Source of the DNA: Bacteroidales bacterium
Lineage (GTDB): Bacteria > Bacteroidota > Bacteroidia > Bacteroidales > GCA-2748055
Assembly: GCA_021738565.1 (NCBI GenBank)
Contig: JAIPBT010000012.1
Span: 36,843-100,842, forward strand
Length of the DNA: 64,000 nt
Direction: 5' to 3'
The notes beneath the pieces were generated by a model. The model did no database searches and was not told where the DNA came from. It saw nothing but the letters and a program-made list of their open reading frames with translations. Position numbers and translations under genes: made by a program. This document shows positions 1-9,509 of the stretch, piece after piece (within the stretch, counting starts at the first letter, position 1; each line of letters starts with the position of its first letter).

Positions 1-212
1 GATCTGATGGCAACAACCGTTTTGTGACCCTCAGGAGCGGATGTACAGATTGGACCATGCATAGTTCATGGTGGTATATGCCCGGTGCGCCTTACGGAAA
101 AACAGTTGGCGGTCCCCAGCCCGTCGATTCGCACGTAAAATATTTCCTGATCTACCCCGGGTTGGACAGGGCTGCTACAATTGGCTTCCGATGTATTGCT
201 AACAGAAAATAA
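1..212 (+). CDS. C-terminal fragment of a formylglycine-generating enzyme (SUMF1/EgtB-like) domain protein, truncated by the window edge
   Basis: Ends with ...LRSG...PGLDRAATIGFRC, the typical FGE-sulfatase C-terminal GFRC motif. Confidence 0.65.
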   Translation, partial: SDGNNRFVTLRSGCTDWTMHSSWWYMPGAPYGKTVGGPQPVDSHVKYFLIYPGLDRAATIGFRCIANRK

Positions 213-223
213 AATCATTAAAC

Positions 224-1249
224 ATGAAACGCAGGACATTCTTCAAAACATCAGCATTCGCCAGCCCTGCAGTACTCATGGGCTGCCGCATGAATGAAAA
301 TGAAGCTTCAGATCCAATGATAAAAAAAGTTGAAATGGCCATGCTTTCAATGCAGCGTGCCTCCTGGGAACAGGGAGTAGCGGCACAGGCGTTCCTTGAA
401 TCCGGAAATAAAGAAATGACCATCCGGATGGCGTATGAAGCGGTGCTCAGGCAACAGGAAGATGGCCGGCTGTCGGTATTGTATACGGGCAACGGGGTTA
501 CCGATCCTGCCGCTTCCGGACAGGCAGTGCTGTATGCTGCTGAAAAGACCGGGGATGAAAAACTAAGGGAGGCATCTGCCAATATGGTCAGTTACCTGCT
601 CACTACGGAACACCGGGCAGAGAACGGAACCCTGCACCATATACGGAGCGGTCCGGAAATCTGGATCGATGCCATGTACATGGCACCCCCATTTCTTGCT
701 GCAGCCGGGCAGTATGATGAAGCCATAAAACAGATCGACGGATTCAGAAAAGCTTTGTGGAGCGAACCATCAAAATTATATTCCCACCGTTGGAATACAG
801 AAGAAAAAGTCTTTGTAAATAAAAAATTCTGGGGTGTCGGAAACGGTTGGACACTTGCCGGGATCAGCCGGGTAATAGAATTGCTTCCCGCTGCTTATGC
901 TACACAAATTCAAAAACTGATCGGATATGAGCAGGAGCACCTGTCAAGCATCCTCTCATACATGCGGTCAGATGGACTGTACCACGACATCATCGATGAT
1001 CCTTCCAGCTTCGTGGAGACCAACCTTGGGCAGATGATCGCATACACGATCTATACCGGGGTAAGGGCAGGATGGCTTGACAAGAATCTGATTCCAGAGG
1101 CAGAGAAAATGCGCAGCGCCGCTCGTTCAAAAGTGGACGAATACGGATATGTCACAGATGTATGCGGAGCACCCTATTTCAATGCACCCGGCAGGGCAAC
1201 GGAAGGACAGGCATTTTTCATGCTGATGGAGGCTGCAAGGAATAAATAG
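224..1249 (+). CDS. Glycoside hydrolase family 88/105 (unsaturated glucuronyl/rhamnogalacturonyl hydrolase), Tat-type signal
   Basis: MKRRTFFK twin-arginine signal with possible lipobox LMGC; WIDAMYMAPPFLA and FWGVGNGW motifs typical of GH105/GH88. Confidence 0.85.
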   Translation: MKRRTFFKTSAFASPAVLMGCRMNENEASDPMIKKVEMAMLSMQRASWEQGVAAQAFLESGNKEMTIRMAYEAVLRQQEDGRLSVLYTGNGVTDPAASGQAVLYAAEKTGDEKLREASANMVSYLLTTEHRAENGTLHHIRSGPEIWIDAMYMAPPFLAAAGQYDEAIKQIDGFRKALWSEPSKLYSHRWNTEEKVFVNKKFWGVGNGWTLAGISRVIELLPAAYATQIQKLIGYEQEHLSSILSYMRSDGLYHDIIDDPSSFVETNLGQMIAYTIYTGVRAGWLDKNLIPEAEKMRSAARSKVDEYGYVTDVCGAPYFNAPGRATEGQAFFMLMEAARNK

Positions 1250-1420
1250 TGTCTGTCCATAATATCCGATATCTGCGTTGCTGCAAAAATTTTAAATCCT
1301 CGAATACTTTAGTATACTGCGGTTTAAAATTTTTGCGCGCCTTGATCTCGAATATTATGATCCAGCCACTGCACTTTATTAACGGAATCTAAATAGTGTC
1401 TGTCCATAATATCCGATATA
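1247..1420. mobile_element. MITE/REP-like dispersed element (family A), followed by a second partial copy at 1394
   Basis: TAGTGTCTGTCCATAATATCCGATAT at 1247 and 1394; internal hairpin GCAAAAATTTTAAA...TTTAAAATTTTTGC; shares ends and ATTATGATCCAGCCAC with the copy at 33404. Confidence 0.75.
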
Positions 1421-1545
1421 CTCATGTATATTATAATTTCAGCAGTATTTCCCGAAGTATCGGGACAGGCAGTGAGCTCGCTTTGCTCGGTTCTGCGTTG
1501 CTCTATTTTTAGTATCATTGCAAGTAGAAACCAACATCCTGGAAT

Positions 1546-3867
1546 ATGTTAAGAAAAATCTTGTTTTTGCTCATACTGTTCACTCATTTAGCGGGTAATT
1601 CCCAGGATACTGTACATATCAAAAACCTGGTGAACTCCATGTTCCCTGCCGATTCGCTATACATGGGCACAGCAGCCCATGAATGGGTACTTGGAACCAT
1701 GACCGAGACCATCATCGACAACGAATACAGCTACATAACTCCGGCCAACGATTTCAAACAATCCTACGTGCATCCTACCTTCGATACATGGAGATGGGAA
1801 CGCGCTGACACCTGGGTTCAGCACTGCAGGGAAAACGGACAGGTGATCAGAATGCATGCACCCATCAGTCCGCAGGTATCCACATGGGCAAAGGAGGATT
1901 CAAGGACCGCCGATGAGCTGGAAAGAATGCTTGAAGAGTATGTGACTGCCATTTGCCAGCGATACAACGACACTGCTCATATTGTCTGGCTTGATGTGGT
2001 AAATGAGATCCTGAATCCCGACGGCACCTGGTTCGGACCTAAGCCCGGAACAGACAGCTGGGAAAATCCATGGCCTAAAATGGGATATGATGAATCGGTG
2101 GAACTGAATCCCCCAATTTACATCAAGCGGGCTTTTGAGGTTGCCAACCAGTATGGTCCAAATATAAAATTGATCATCAACCAGCATACGGATTCAAAAG
2201 CTTCATGGGAAAAACTCAAGCAGGTGGTATACTATTTAAGGAACAACGGATTGCGGGTTGACGGTGTCGGCTGGCAGGCGCATGTTGACCTGGGATGGGA
2301 AAAGATACCCGGAAACAAAGAAAGGCTGTATGATTTCATCGACTGGTGCCACCAGAATGACCTCGAATTCCACATAACAGAATTCAATGTCTGGCTGAGA
2401 ACAGGCGATGAATTAAAATATGAGGGGCAGGCCGACTCTTTTTATGAGATCGTGAAGCTAGCAGCAAGCAAATACAAAAACGGGATCGTGGGAATAAATT
2501 TCTGGCACATCAGGGCCGAAGAGACCAACCAACCCACGAGAGATGGCGGATTGTGGACCAATGATCGTATTCCAAAGAAGGCCTATTATGATGTGAAGAG
2601 GGCACTGTATGAGATCGCCAATAAGACCGGCCCGACAATCAAAACAACACCCGTTCGTTCAGCGGTTGTAAACGAAGAGTACAGGTTCGAACCTGAAATT
2701 GTCGGTGTTGTGGGACAGGTATCCTACGACCTCTCCACGGACAAACAATCAGACTTGCTTACACTGAGTGAAAACGGAGTCTTATCAGGAACTCCATTGG
2801 TTGAAGATACAATTAATATTACCTACACAGTTACCGATGATATCGGGCCCAGAGAACTTAAATATGAATTGATCATATATGGTGAAAAACTGCAGATCCT
2901 GTCAGAGCCAGCGAATGAAGCAACCGTAGGATACAATTATGAATATCAGCTGGAATGGTCGGGTGAGGGAACATGGACGCTCGAAACAGATCCCGATGCC
3001 GGCTGGCTGACAATAGACGAAAAAGGACAGCTCTCAGGAATTCCGGATTCCACAGGACAATACAGGGTTACTGTAAAGCTGAAAAGAAATGACCAGGTTA
3101 CAGAGCAGACCTTTGCCCTGCAGGTTTATGATAAACTGGAAATTACTTCTTCCCCAAAGACAGAAGCTACAGAAGACAAACCATACCGGTACCAGGTTAT
3201 TTTTAAAGGATTTGCAGAATTCAGCCTGGTTACGGATCCGGTTGCAGACTGGCTCACCATCGATGAAAACGGTACATTGAGTGGAACACCCCTGCAAGCT
3301 GACACCATTCATGTGATCATTACCGCATGGAATGATCTTACAACCGTAACCCAGGAATTCGACCTGCACATTGCAGAATCACTCGAATTTGTCTCCACTC
3401 CCATAGATACTGCCAGGGTGGGAGAACTTTACCAATACCAGGTGGAGCACCGGGGAATTGGCGACATTGTTTTTTATACCGGCAAACCGGCCGATTGGCT
3501 TTCCATGGACTCAACAAAACTGATCAGTGGAATACCCCCAAATCCGGATACCCTGAAAGTAACCCTGAAACTGTTCAATGATGCTACAACAACCTTCCAG
3601 GTATACAATCTGGTGATACATCGTCCCCTTGCCGTTTCTCAGGACCAGTTTCCATCTTTCGAGGTTTATCCGAATCCTGCTGAAGAGAGGTTCATCATAA
3701 GCAACCTGATTCCTGGAGACCGGGTAACGGTCCATGACCAGTCGGGCAAATTAAAATATGATGCAAGGGCGCTTTCGGAAAAAATCATATTGCCTGTTCA
3801 TTCCTGGATCAAAGGAGCATACTATATCAGGCACAGGGATCAAACAAAACTGGTGATCGTACAATAG
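1546..3867 (+). CDS. GH10 endo-1,4-beta-xylanase-like enzyme with tandem Ig-like (He_PIG/cadherin-like) repeats and T9SS C-terminal domain
   Basis: ITPANDFK, WLDVVNE (acid/base), VDGVGWQAH, HITEFNV (nucleophile); repeated WLTIDENGTLSGTP modules; C-terminal VYPNPA...KLVIVQ. Confidence 0.88.
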   Translation: MLRKILFLLILFTHLAGNSQDTVHIKNLVNSMFPADSLYMGTAAHEWVLGTMTETIIDNEYSYITPANDFKQSYVHPTFDTWRWERADTWVQHCRENGQVIRMHAPISPQVSTWAKEDSRTADELERMLEEYVTAICQRYNDTAHIVWLDVVNEILNPDGTWFGPKPGTDSWENPWPKMGYDESVELNPPIYIKRAFEVANQYGPNIKLIINQHTDSKASWEKLKQVVYYLRNNGLRVDGVGWQAHVDLGWEKIPGNKERLYDFIDWCHQNDLEFHITEFNVWLRTGDELKYEGQADSFYEIVKLAASKYKNGIVGINFWHIRAEETNQPTRDGGLWTNDRIPKKAYYDVKRALYEIANKTGPTIKTTPVRSAVVNEEYRFEPEIVGVVGQVSYDLSTDKQSDLLTLSENGVLSGTPLVEDTINITYTVTDDIGPRELKYELIIYGEKLQILSEPANEATVGYNYEYQLEWSGEGTWTLETDPDAGWLTIDEKGQLSGIPDSTGQYRVTVKLKRNDQVTEQTFALQVYDKLEITSSPKTEATEDKPYRYQVIFKGFAEFSLVTDPVADWLTIDENGTLSGTPLQADTIHVIITAWNDLTTVTQEFDLHIAESLEFVSTPIDTARVGELYQYQVEHRGIGDIVFYTGKPADWLSMDSTKLISGIPPNPDTLKVTLKLFNDATTTFQVYNLVIHRPLAVSQDQFPSFEVYPNPAEERFIISNLIPGDRVTVHDQSGKLKYDARALSEKIILPVHSWIKGAYYIRHRDQTKLVIVQ

Positions 3868-3872
3868 TCTGA

Positions 3873-6800
3873 TTATCTTCCCGATATCACCCTGAAAGTG
3901 GCAATCCTTCCATCCTGCATCTCTACGACCAGGAAATACATCCCCACACTGAGCTTCAGTTCATCAAGTGTCAATTCCATTCTTCCCCCTGCGTCTATAT
4001 TATAAATGGTTTCTCCTGTGATATCCGCAAGTCGAATGCGGGAAACCGGCAAGCCTGACCTTACTTCGATAAAGTTGTCAAAGGGGTTCGGATAAATCAC
4101 AACAGGAATAAATCCCGATTCCACAATGCCGGAAGTGCCTACCACAAACATTATACTATCGCAAACATCAGGATTGGAAACCGATGTTGCGATTATGCTT
4201 GTTGTTCCTATAGCTGTTCCGGTAACGAGTCCTGCATCATTTATAAAAGCAATACCGGTGTCTTCACTTTTCCATGAAACCGTTTTATCGGTTGCATCTG
4301 GTGGTTCAATATTTACCGTGAGTTGAACAACGCTGTCAACTTTCAGATACAGGGTGTCTCCTTCGATTGTTACAGAAGTTACTTCGGTGAAGGAATGATC
4401 TTCAACTGTGATTTCCAACTCCGCGGATACTTCGGGATCAGAAACACTGGCAGCTGAGATGACAGTTGTCCCCCGGTCAAGTGCAGTTACCAAACCTGCT
4501 TCATTTACAGACGCTACTGTGGGAACTGAGCTTTCCCAGGAAATTCCGGGCTCTGATGCATTTACAGGACTTACTGTTGCATCCAGTTGCAGGACATTGC
4601 CTTTTTCCAGTGTGACTGGGGCAATTGTATCCAGGAAGGTACCTGTTACAGGTATATCTGTTCCTCTTTCCAGCCAAACGTTATCCAGGTATACCGTATA
4701 TATATCCTGTGTTCCGACACCGAACATGAATTGTATTTTGGTAATTTCCCGGTTCACCATATCAAGATCCGCCAGGTCGAACACGAGCTGTGTCCACCTG
4801 TTTGCAGGAACAGTGATCTCTGCCTGGGTTTTTCCAAGCAGGCTGGTATCACGGAAGAATTCAAACTGAACACTTCCTGTTTCACCTGTGCTGTAGACCA
4901 TCATTGACAACCTCGACCAGTCACGGGTGGATTTTGGGGGAAACGCGATTCCAAAACCTCCTACGAATGCGGCACCGCGTTCCCAGGAAAAAACATTTTC
5001 AGAATTGTTGATGTCTGATGACTCAGGATTGGCAATCTTTGACCAGGTATCTGTTGACCAGGCATACCCCCCGTACCCGGCAGACCAATCCAGTTCATAG
5101 GCTTCAAAATCAAGAATCATACTGGTTTCATAGGTTGTTGGTTCGATGTATGTTCCTCCATCAACATAAACTGTACACTCCCTTATATCACCATACAAAG
5201 GAACAGCTTTGAGAGCAACTGTTCCCTTTGAAACTGCAGTAACCTTTCCGTATTGATCAACCATGGCGATTGTGCTGTCCATGCTTATCCATGAAAACGG
5301 ATGGCCATCCGATTCCGCAACTATGACATATTCATCTCCGGAGGACATTTCGAGTGATTGATCACTGATGGTCAATCCTTCAAAATATTCAGCAGTCTTA
5401 CCCGATAGTATAAAGTCATCAAAAAAGCATGTCATGGCAGGCATGTTACCGGTAGGATTGACAAAAACATTGAATTGCTTCAGTGCATAATTCACATCCA
5501 GGTCATATGCAAAAAGTTTCCATGCATTTTCACCCGCTACGGGTGCTGTGAATTCATTGCCTGTTTCACCGGTTGTGTCTTTCAATTGTATATAGAATGC
5601 TTCGATCCCATCCCCAAAGTACTTGAACCTGAACTGGCTGAATTTATCCAGGTCCTGCGGGTGGTCGGTTGGAAGCACAATACCTATCAGTTTGTAATCA
5701 CCTGCAGGTTTGTTGTACTGCACCACTTTTTCACTGTTATTGGATGCAACCTTCAGGGGATTGGCCGCAGCAATGTCAGAACTGCCCCCGGGAGTATACA
5801 ATTGCGCCACTTCCGGCATGGGTGAAGAGAGGACCGGGACCACACTGTCAAAATCAGCTACAATATAATCGTATGCTGCAATGACTGTTACGCTGCATGT
5901 ATCTCTCCTTGAACTGTTCAGTGAAGTGGCAATTACATGTACTTCTCCGGGTGCAATTGCATGAAGGATACCATTTTCGTCGACACTGACAATTCCTTCA
6001 ACGCTGTATGACCAATCGATAAAATTATTCGTTGCACTGTCCGGGTAAAAAAAAACATCCAGGTATGCTGTCTGACCCTCGACCAGGCTGAGGGAGTCAG
6101 GTTCAACCGAGATCGAATCCACAGCGATCTCCTCCCAATCGCAAATGACATTGCAACTTGCTTCAACAGAACCATCCAATGTTGAACAGGTTATGGTGCA
6201 GGTGCCGCTTGTTACACCGGTTACTCTTCCCATCTCATCCACATGGGCAATCCGGCTGTCAGATGATGTCCATGCCAGCGCCGGAAAGGTGGCATCTTCC
6301 GGGTCAATGGTAACTTTAAGTGTATCAATGCTCCCGGGCTTAGAAAGTGTTGTTTCCGGCTTATTGATATTCAGCGCTGTTACCGGTTTGGCAGATGTTG
6401 CATTTTCATTGTGCCTGTTGTTAACAAAGCCATAGGTCAGCAAACCATAAACAGCGTTCTGATGCACAGTATTTTCAGAAGACAAGGGTGCATGGATATT
6501 GCTGTTCCATCTTTCGTGACCCGGCCATTCCTCCATGAACGGGTACTGGGAAAAGTTGGCCCAGTCCTTGTTCCATGGGCCATGTCCTCCTTCATATTCA
6601 ACACCATCGATGGTCCAGGTATAGGGATCATAACCATAGGACATAGACCACGGACCATAAGGGATAAATCCGGGGTAAACCACCCAGTCGTTGTTGTACC
6701 TGCTGTCGAGATGAAACCCAACCTCAGCGGGCCGGGGGCCCAGATGGGTGACCCAGGTGGTATGGAGGGGATTGCAACCAAGGAAATAATCTGCCGTGGT

Positions 6801-8879
6801 GTGCGCCACATCAAGGTACTCCTTTTCACCTGTAATTCCATATGCCATCATAACCTCAAAGATCTTCGGAGTGGTTGCCTGTCCCACAAGCATGGGCATA
6901 TCAAAGACGCCCCCATAGCGGCATGCACGTTGCTCTGCTGCGACCATCCCGTTGAACTCTGCATTTCCTGCAGCAACATCAACAAGATCTTTTTCGAGAA
7001 TTCTATCCTTTGAATAATTATCGGCCAACAGGTAGGTATAAACTCCATATCGCTCATCCTCTGCAAGGCGGGTTTTGTTTCTTATCTCTTCCAATTCCAG
7101 CAAGGCTGCATCATGATATATAGGTTCGTTGGTCAGCCTGTAAAGACTTGCCGCTGCATACATCCTGTAAATTCCAAGCGGTCCTCCGAAATTGTTGTTG
7201 CTCTCAGGCTGGTTTCCAGGTGCAGAGGCCCATGCATAGGCTTCAATTGCCTCTTTCTCCCAGTCTACCGTATCCCTGGTCATGGATTGTAGATCCACAT
7301 GGTCCAGCATCTCTACCGGGAAAGCATGTGGATCTTTTCCTAATTTTTCCAATATCAGCGCAAACTGCGCAGCCTGACCTGCATAGAGATAAGTCATGAA
7401 AGGATCTGCCTGTGTGACCACGTAATGCCTGTAATCCTGCCAGGAAGGTTTATTGCTCTGTGCATTGCCCTCCACTTCGTTGTAAACATCCGGACAAACC
7501 CTGGCACCCCCGACACCTCCGTCTGAATAGCCTTTGTCCATCAGTTCCTTCCTGAGACGGTAATTGAACTTGATGAGCCAGGATGCTTCATCCACGATAT
7601 CAGGTATGCCGTTCCCGCATTCAGGCAGGTTCAGGTCACCATCTGCAAATCTTTCCGGGAAAAATTCATAGGTAAGCATCAAAAGTGGGGGGATCCGCTG
7701 GTGTGAAAAATAACCATCCCAATCTCCTGCGTCATGGTACCATCCCACAACGTCGAGGACATTCCCTTCAGCAGCATCGCGGATCGCAGCCTGTGAACTG
7801 CCTCCTCCATCCCCGTTCTGCCAACTGGTATAGGGAAAATCAGAATAAAGCAACTGACCGGAGAAATCGGCGCCGTCATCACTGGTCACTTTTGTATTCT
7901 GATTCACCGGGCGGATGTAACCCTCTTCAGTGTATGGAGGTGCAAGTCGAATACCGCTGCGCTGGTGGTAAAGTGCGCGACCGACCGTGTAATATGCATT
8001 CCATAAAGCATCATTACCGATCTTAAAAGGAAAGGAACAGCCCATTCCCTCAACCACAAGCTCATAGATTCCGTTATCCGTGATCGAAGTGAATTCGCAT
8101 TCATAAACTTCCGCACCAAGGAAATTGCGGTCCGGCGTATCATTGGGCTGACCCGTTTCAGCATTCGTGGCAGACTTCCGCTTCTTCAGTACTCCTGAAA
8201 ATACGGGATCAACAACCCCATCCTTATATACATAAAATGATTTCCCGTTGTATGCAGTAAGATCAAGTCCGCCCCTGTCTCCCATCCATTGGTAAACATA
8301 CCCTAATTTCGGAGCATTGGTCTCGTATCCGATGGTATTGACATGCACCGATTCACTTCTTAACTCCTTTTCATCAAAAGTGAAGCTCCATTCGCTTCCA
8401 TTCGCTGCAAGGTTACCCGTTTGGAGGACATAGGTGTTCCCAGATTTAAGTTCATTTTCCAGGAACAGGTAGATAAAATGCTTAGATGCCCATGGTTTGG
8501 ACCGCGGATCGAAGGAGTTACCGCCCCATGGCGCATCTTTTACAAACTCGGTGCCCTTGCTCTTGCGGCCTATATCAACCGGATGCAAAGCCGGGGAGTA
8601 CTCTGCATCCGTATCGCTGGTTATTGTATAGCTTACAACGTCAGTGGCAGCGTCAATGGCAAGCCTGTCAACCTGAAGGTCGCTGGGATAAACAACCGTT
8701 CCGTCATCAAAGACCACTAGCAGGATCTTGTTCGTAACGGGAGTTATGTCTACAATATCAGAGGACCTTGCCGGTAGAATAGAAACAAGTAAGCAAGTCA
8801 AAACAAATATAACCTTGTATAAAACTTTTTCAGAAGATCTCATATAAATTGTTAATGATAGATGCATTAAAGTTAACAT
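3873..8879 (-). CDS. Large GH9 glycoside hydrolase with N-terminal Ig-like domain, several Big_2 domains, CBM-like modules and T9SS C-terminal domain
   Basis: ALYHQRSG, GWYHDAGDWD, YFLGCNPLHTTWVT and SENTVHQNA GH9 motifs; repeated WTSSDSRIAHVDEMGRVTG-type Big_2 modules; IYPNPF...MYFLVV CTD. True start may be at MRSSEK. Confidence 0.85.
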   Translation of the reverse strand: MLTLMHLSLTIYMRSSEKVLYKVIFVLTCLLVSILPARSSDIVDITPVTNKILLVVFDDGTVVYPSDLQVDRLAIDAATDVVSYTITSDTDAEYSPALHPVDIGRKSKGTEFVKDAPWGGNSFDPRSKPWASKHFIYLFLENELKSGNTYVLQTGNLAANGSEWSFTFDEKELRSESVHVNTIGYETNAPKLGYVYQWMGDRGGLDLTAYNGKSFYVYKDGVVDPVFSGVLKKRKSATNAETGQPNDTPDRNFLGAEVYECEFTSITDNGIYELVVEGMGCSFPFKIGNDALWNAYYTVGRALYHQRSGIRLAPPYTEEGYIRPVNQNTKVTSDDGADFSGQLLYSDFPYTSWQNGDGGGSSQAAIRDAAEGNVLDVVGWYHDAGDWDGYFSHQRIPPLLMLTYEFFPERFADGDLNLPECGNGIPDIVDEASWLIKFNYRLRKELMDKGYSDGGVGGARVCPDVYNEVEGNAQSNKPSWQDYRHYVVTQADPFMTYLYAGQAAQFALILEKLGKDPHAFPVEMLDHVDLQSMTRDTVDWEKEAIEAYAWASAPGNQPESNNNFGGPLGIYRMYAAASLYRLTNEPIYHDAALLELEEIRNKTRLAEDERYGVYTYLLADNYSKDRILEKDLVDVAAGNAEFNGMVAAEQRACRYGGVFDMPMLVGQATTPKIFEVMMAYGITGEKEYLDVAHTTADYFLGCNPLHTTWVTHLGPRPAEVGFHLDSRYNNDWVVYPGFIPYGPWSMSYGYDPYTWTIDGVEYEGGHGPWNKDWANFSQYPFMEEWPGHERWNSNIHAPLSSENTVHQNAVYGLLTYGFVNNRHNENATSAKPVTALNINKPETTLSKPGSIDTLKVTIDPEDATFPALAWTSSDSRIAHVDEMGRVTGVTSGTCTITCSTLDGSVEASCNVICDWEEIAVDSISVEPDSLSLVEGQTAYLDVFFYPDSATNNFIDWSYSVEGIVSVDENGILHAIAPGEVHVIATSLNSSRRDTCSVTVIAAYDYIVADFDSVVPVLSSPMPEVAQLYTPGGSSDIAAANPLKVASNNSEKVVQYNKPAGDYKLIGIVLPTDHPQDLDKFSQFRFKYFGDGIEAFYIQLKDTTGETGNEFTAPVAGENAWKLFAYDLDVNYALKQFNVFVNPTGNMPAMTCFFDDFILSGKTAEYFEGLTISDQSLEMSSGDEYVIVAESDGHPFSWISMDSTIAMVDQYGKVTAVSKGTVALKAVPLYGDIRECTVYVDGGTYIEPTTYETSMILDFEAYELDWSAGYGGYAWSTDTWSKIANPESSDINNSENVFSWERGAAFVGGFGIAFPPKSTRDWSRLSMMVYSTGETGSVQFEFFRDTSLLGKTQAEITVPANRWTQLVFDLADLDMVNREITKIQFMFGVGTQDIYTVYLDNVWLERGTDIPVTGTFLDTIAPVTLEKGNVLQLDATVSPVNASEPGISWESSVPTVASVNEAGLVTALDRGTTVISAASVSDPEVSAELEITVEDHSFTEVTSVTIEGDTLYLKVDSVVQLTVNIEPPDATDKTVSWKSEDTGIAFINDAGLVTGTAIGTTSIIATSVSNPDVCDSIMFVVGTSGIVESGFIPVVIYPNPFDNFIEVRSGLPVSRIRLADITGETIYNIDAGGRMELTLDELKLSVGMYFLVVEMQDGRIATFRVISGR

Positions 8880-9022
8880 AATACGACAACAGTCAGTAAT
8901 TCGTAATTATTCTCCCGACTGATTGTCGGGATCATGAGCTCTTCGCCGCGGCGAATCGGTTCGTAATTCCTAAACGGTTATCACATTTATACATAGAGGA
9001 AAAGATCGGAATTATTGCCCCA

Positions 9023-9185
9023 GGTCCTTCGACGCGAGGTTCGGCGAAGCTCATAATTACGTATAGGAAAAGGGGGGAGACTATCCCGGGTCCTTCGACG
9101 CGAGGTTCGACGAAGCTCATAATTACGTATAGGAAAAGGGGGGAGACTATCCCGGGTCCTTCGACGCGAGGTTCGGCGAAGCTCA
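9023..9185. repeat. 66-bp tandem repeat, about 2.5 copies, built on a REP-like palindrome
   Basis: GGTCCTTCGACGCGAGGTTCG(G/A)CGAAGCTCA starts at 9023, 9089 and 9155, with identical intervening TAATTACGTATAGGAAAAGGGGGGAGACTATCCCG. Confidence 0.9.
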
Positions 9186-9187
9186 CC

Positions 9188-9340
9188 TCTTCGCTCAGGA
9201 ACCGGTCTTTATTGTCAGGTACCGATCTCGACAAGCTCGATCTTCCCACCTCACACCCCAACCAGCCGGTTCCTGAGCGAAGCGTTGCACTGAGCGTAGC
9301 GCTGTACTGAGCGAAGTCGAAGTGCCGAAGTGTCGAGGGA
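9188..9340. repeat. REP-like inverted repeat cluster
   Basis: CTTCGCTCAGGAACCGG at about 9189 pairs with CCGGTTCCTGAGCGAAG at about 9267; further CTGAGCG(A/T)AG motifs follow. Confidence 0.75.
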
Positions 9341-9391
9341 TTGCTCGTTATTGAAATGTGTTAATAATAAAGTGAATACAAATCGCAAACT

Positions 9392-9433
9392 AAGAAATAT
9401 ATATTTATTTTACTATATAAATATATATTTCTT
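9392..9433. repeat. Perfect 17-bp AT-rich inverted repeat (operator or terminator candidate)
   Basis: AAGAAATATATATTTAT-N8-ATAAATATATATTTCTT. Confidence 0.6.
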
Positions 9434-9509
9434 TTTTTTGAAAAAATTTTGTTTGATGAATTGACCAATAGGGCGGGTTTTCTTTCAGACGCTTACTAAA
9501 TCGAAATTT

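Noticed and set aside
9023-9185. Possible mini CRISPR array (about 30-bp repeat plus about 36-bp spacer)
   Set aside because: The two 'spacers' are identical, the repeat is part of a REP-like palindrome, and no cas genes are present
8932-9261. 109-aa ORF with repeated peptide SFAEPRVEGPGIVSPLFLYVIM
   Set aside because: Translation of the 66-bp DNA repeat; no evidence it is a gene
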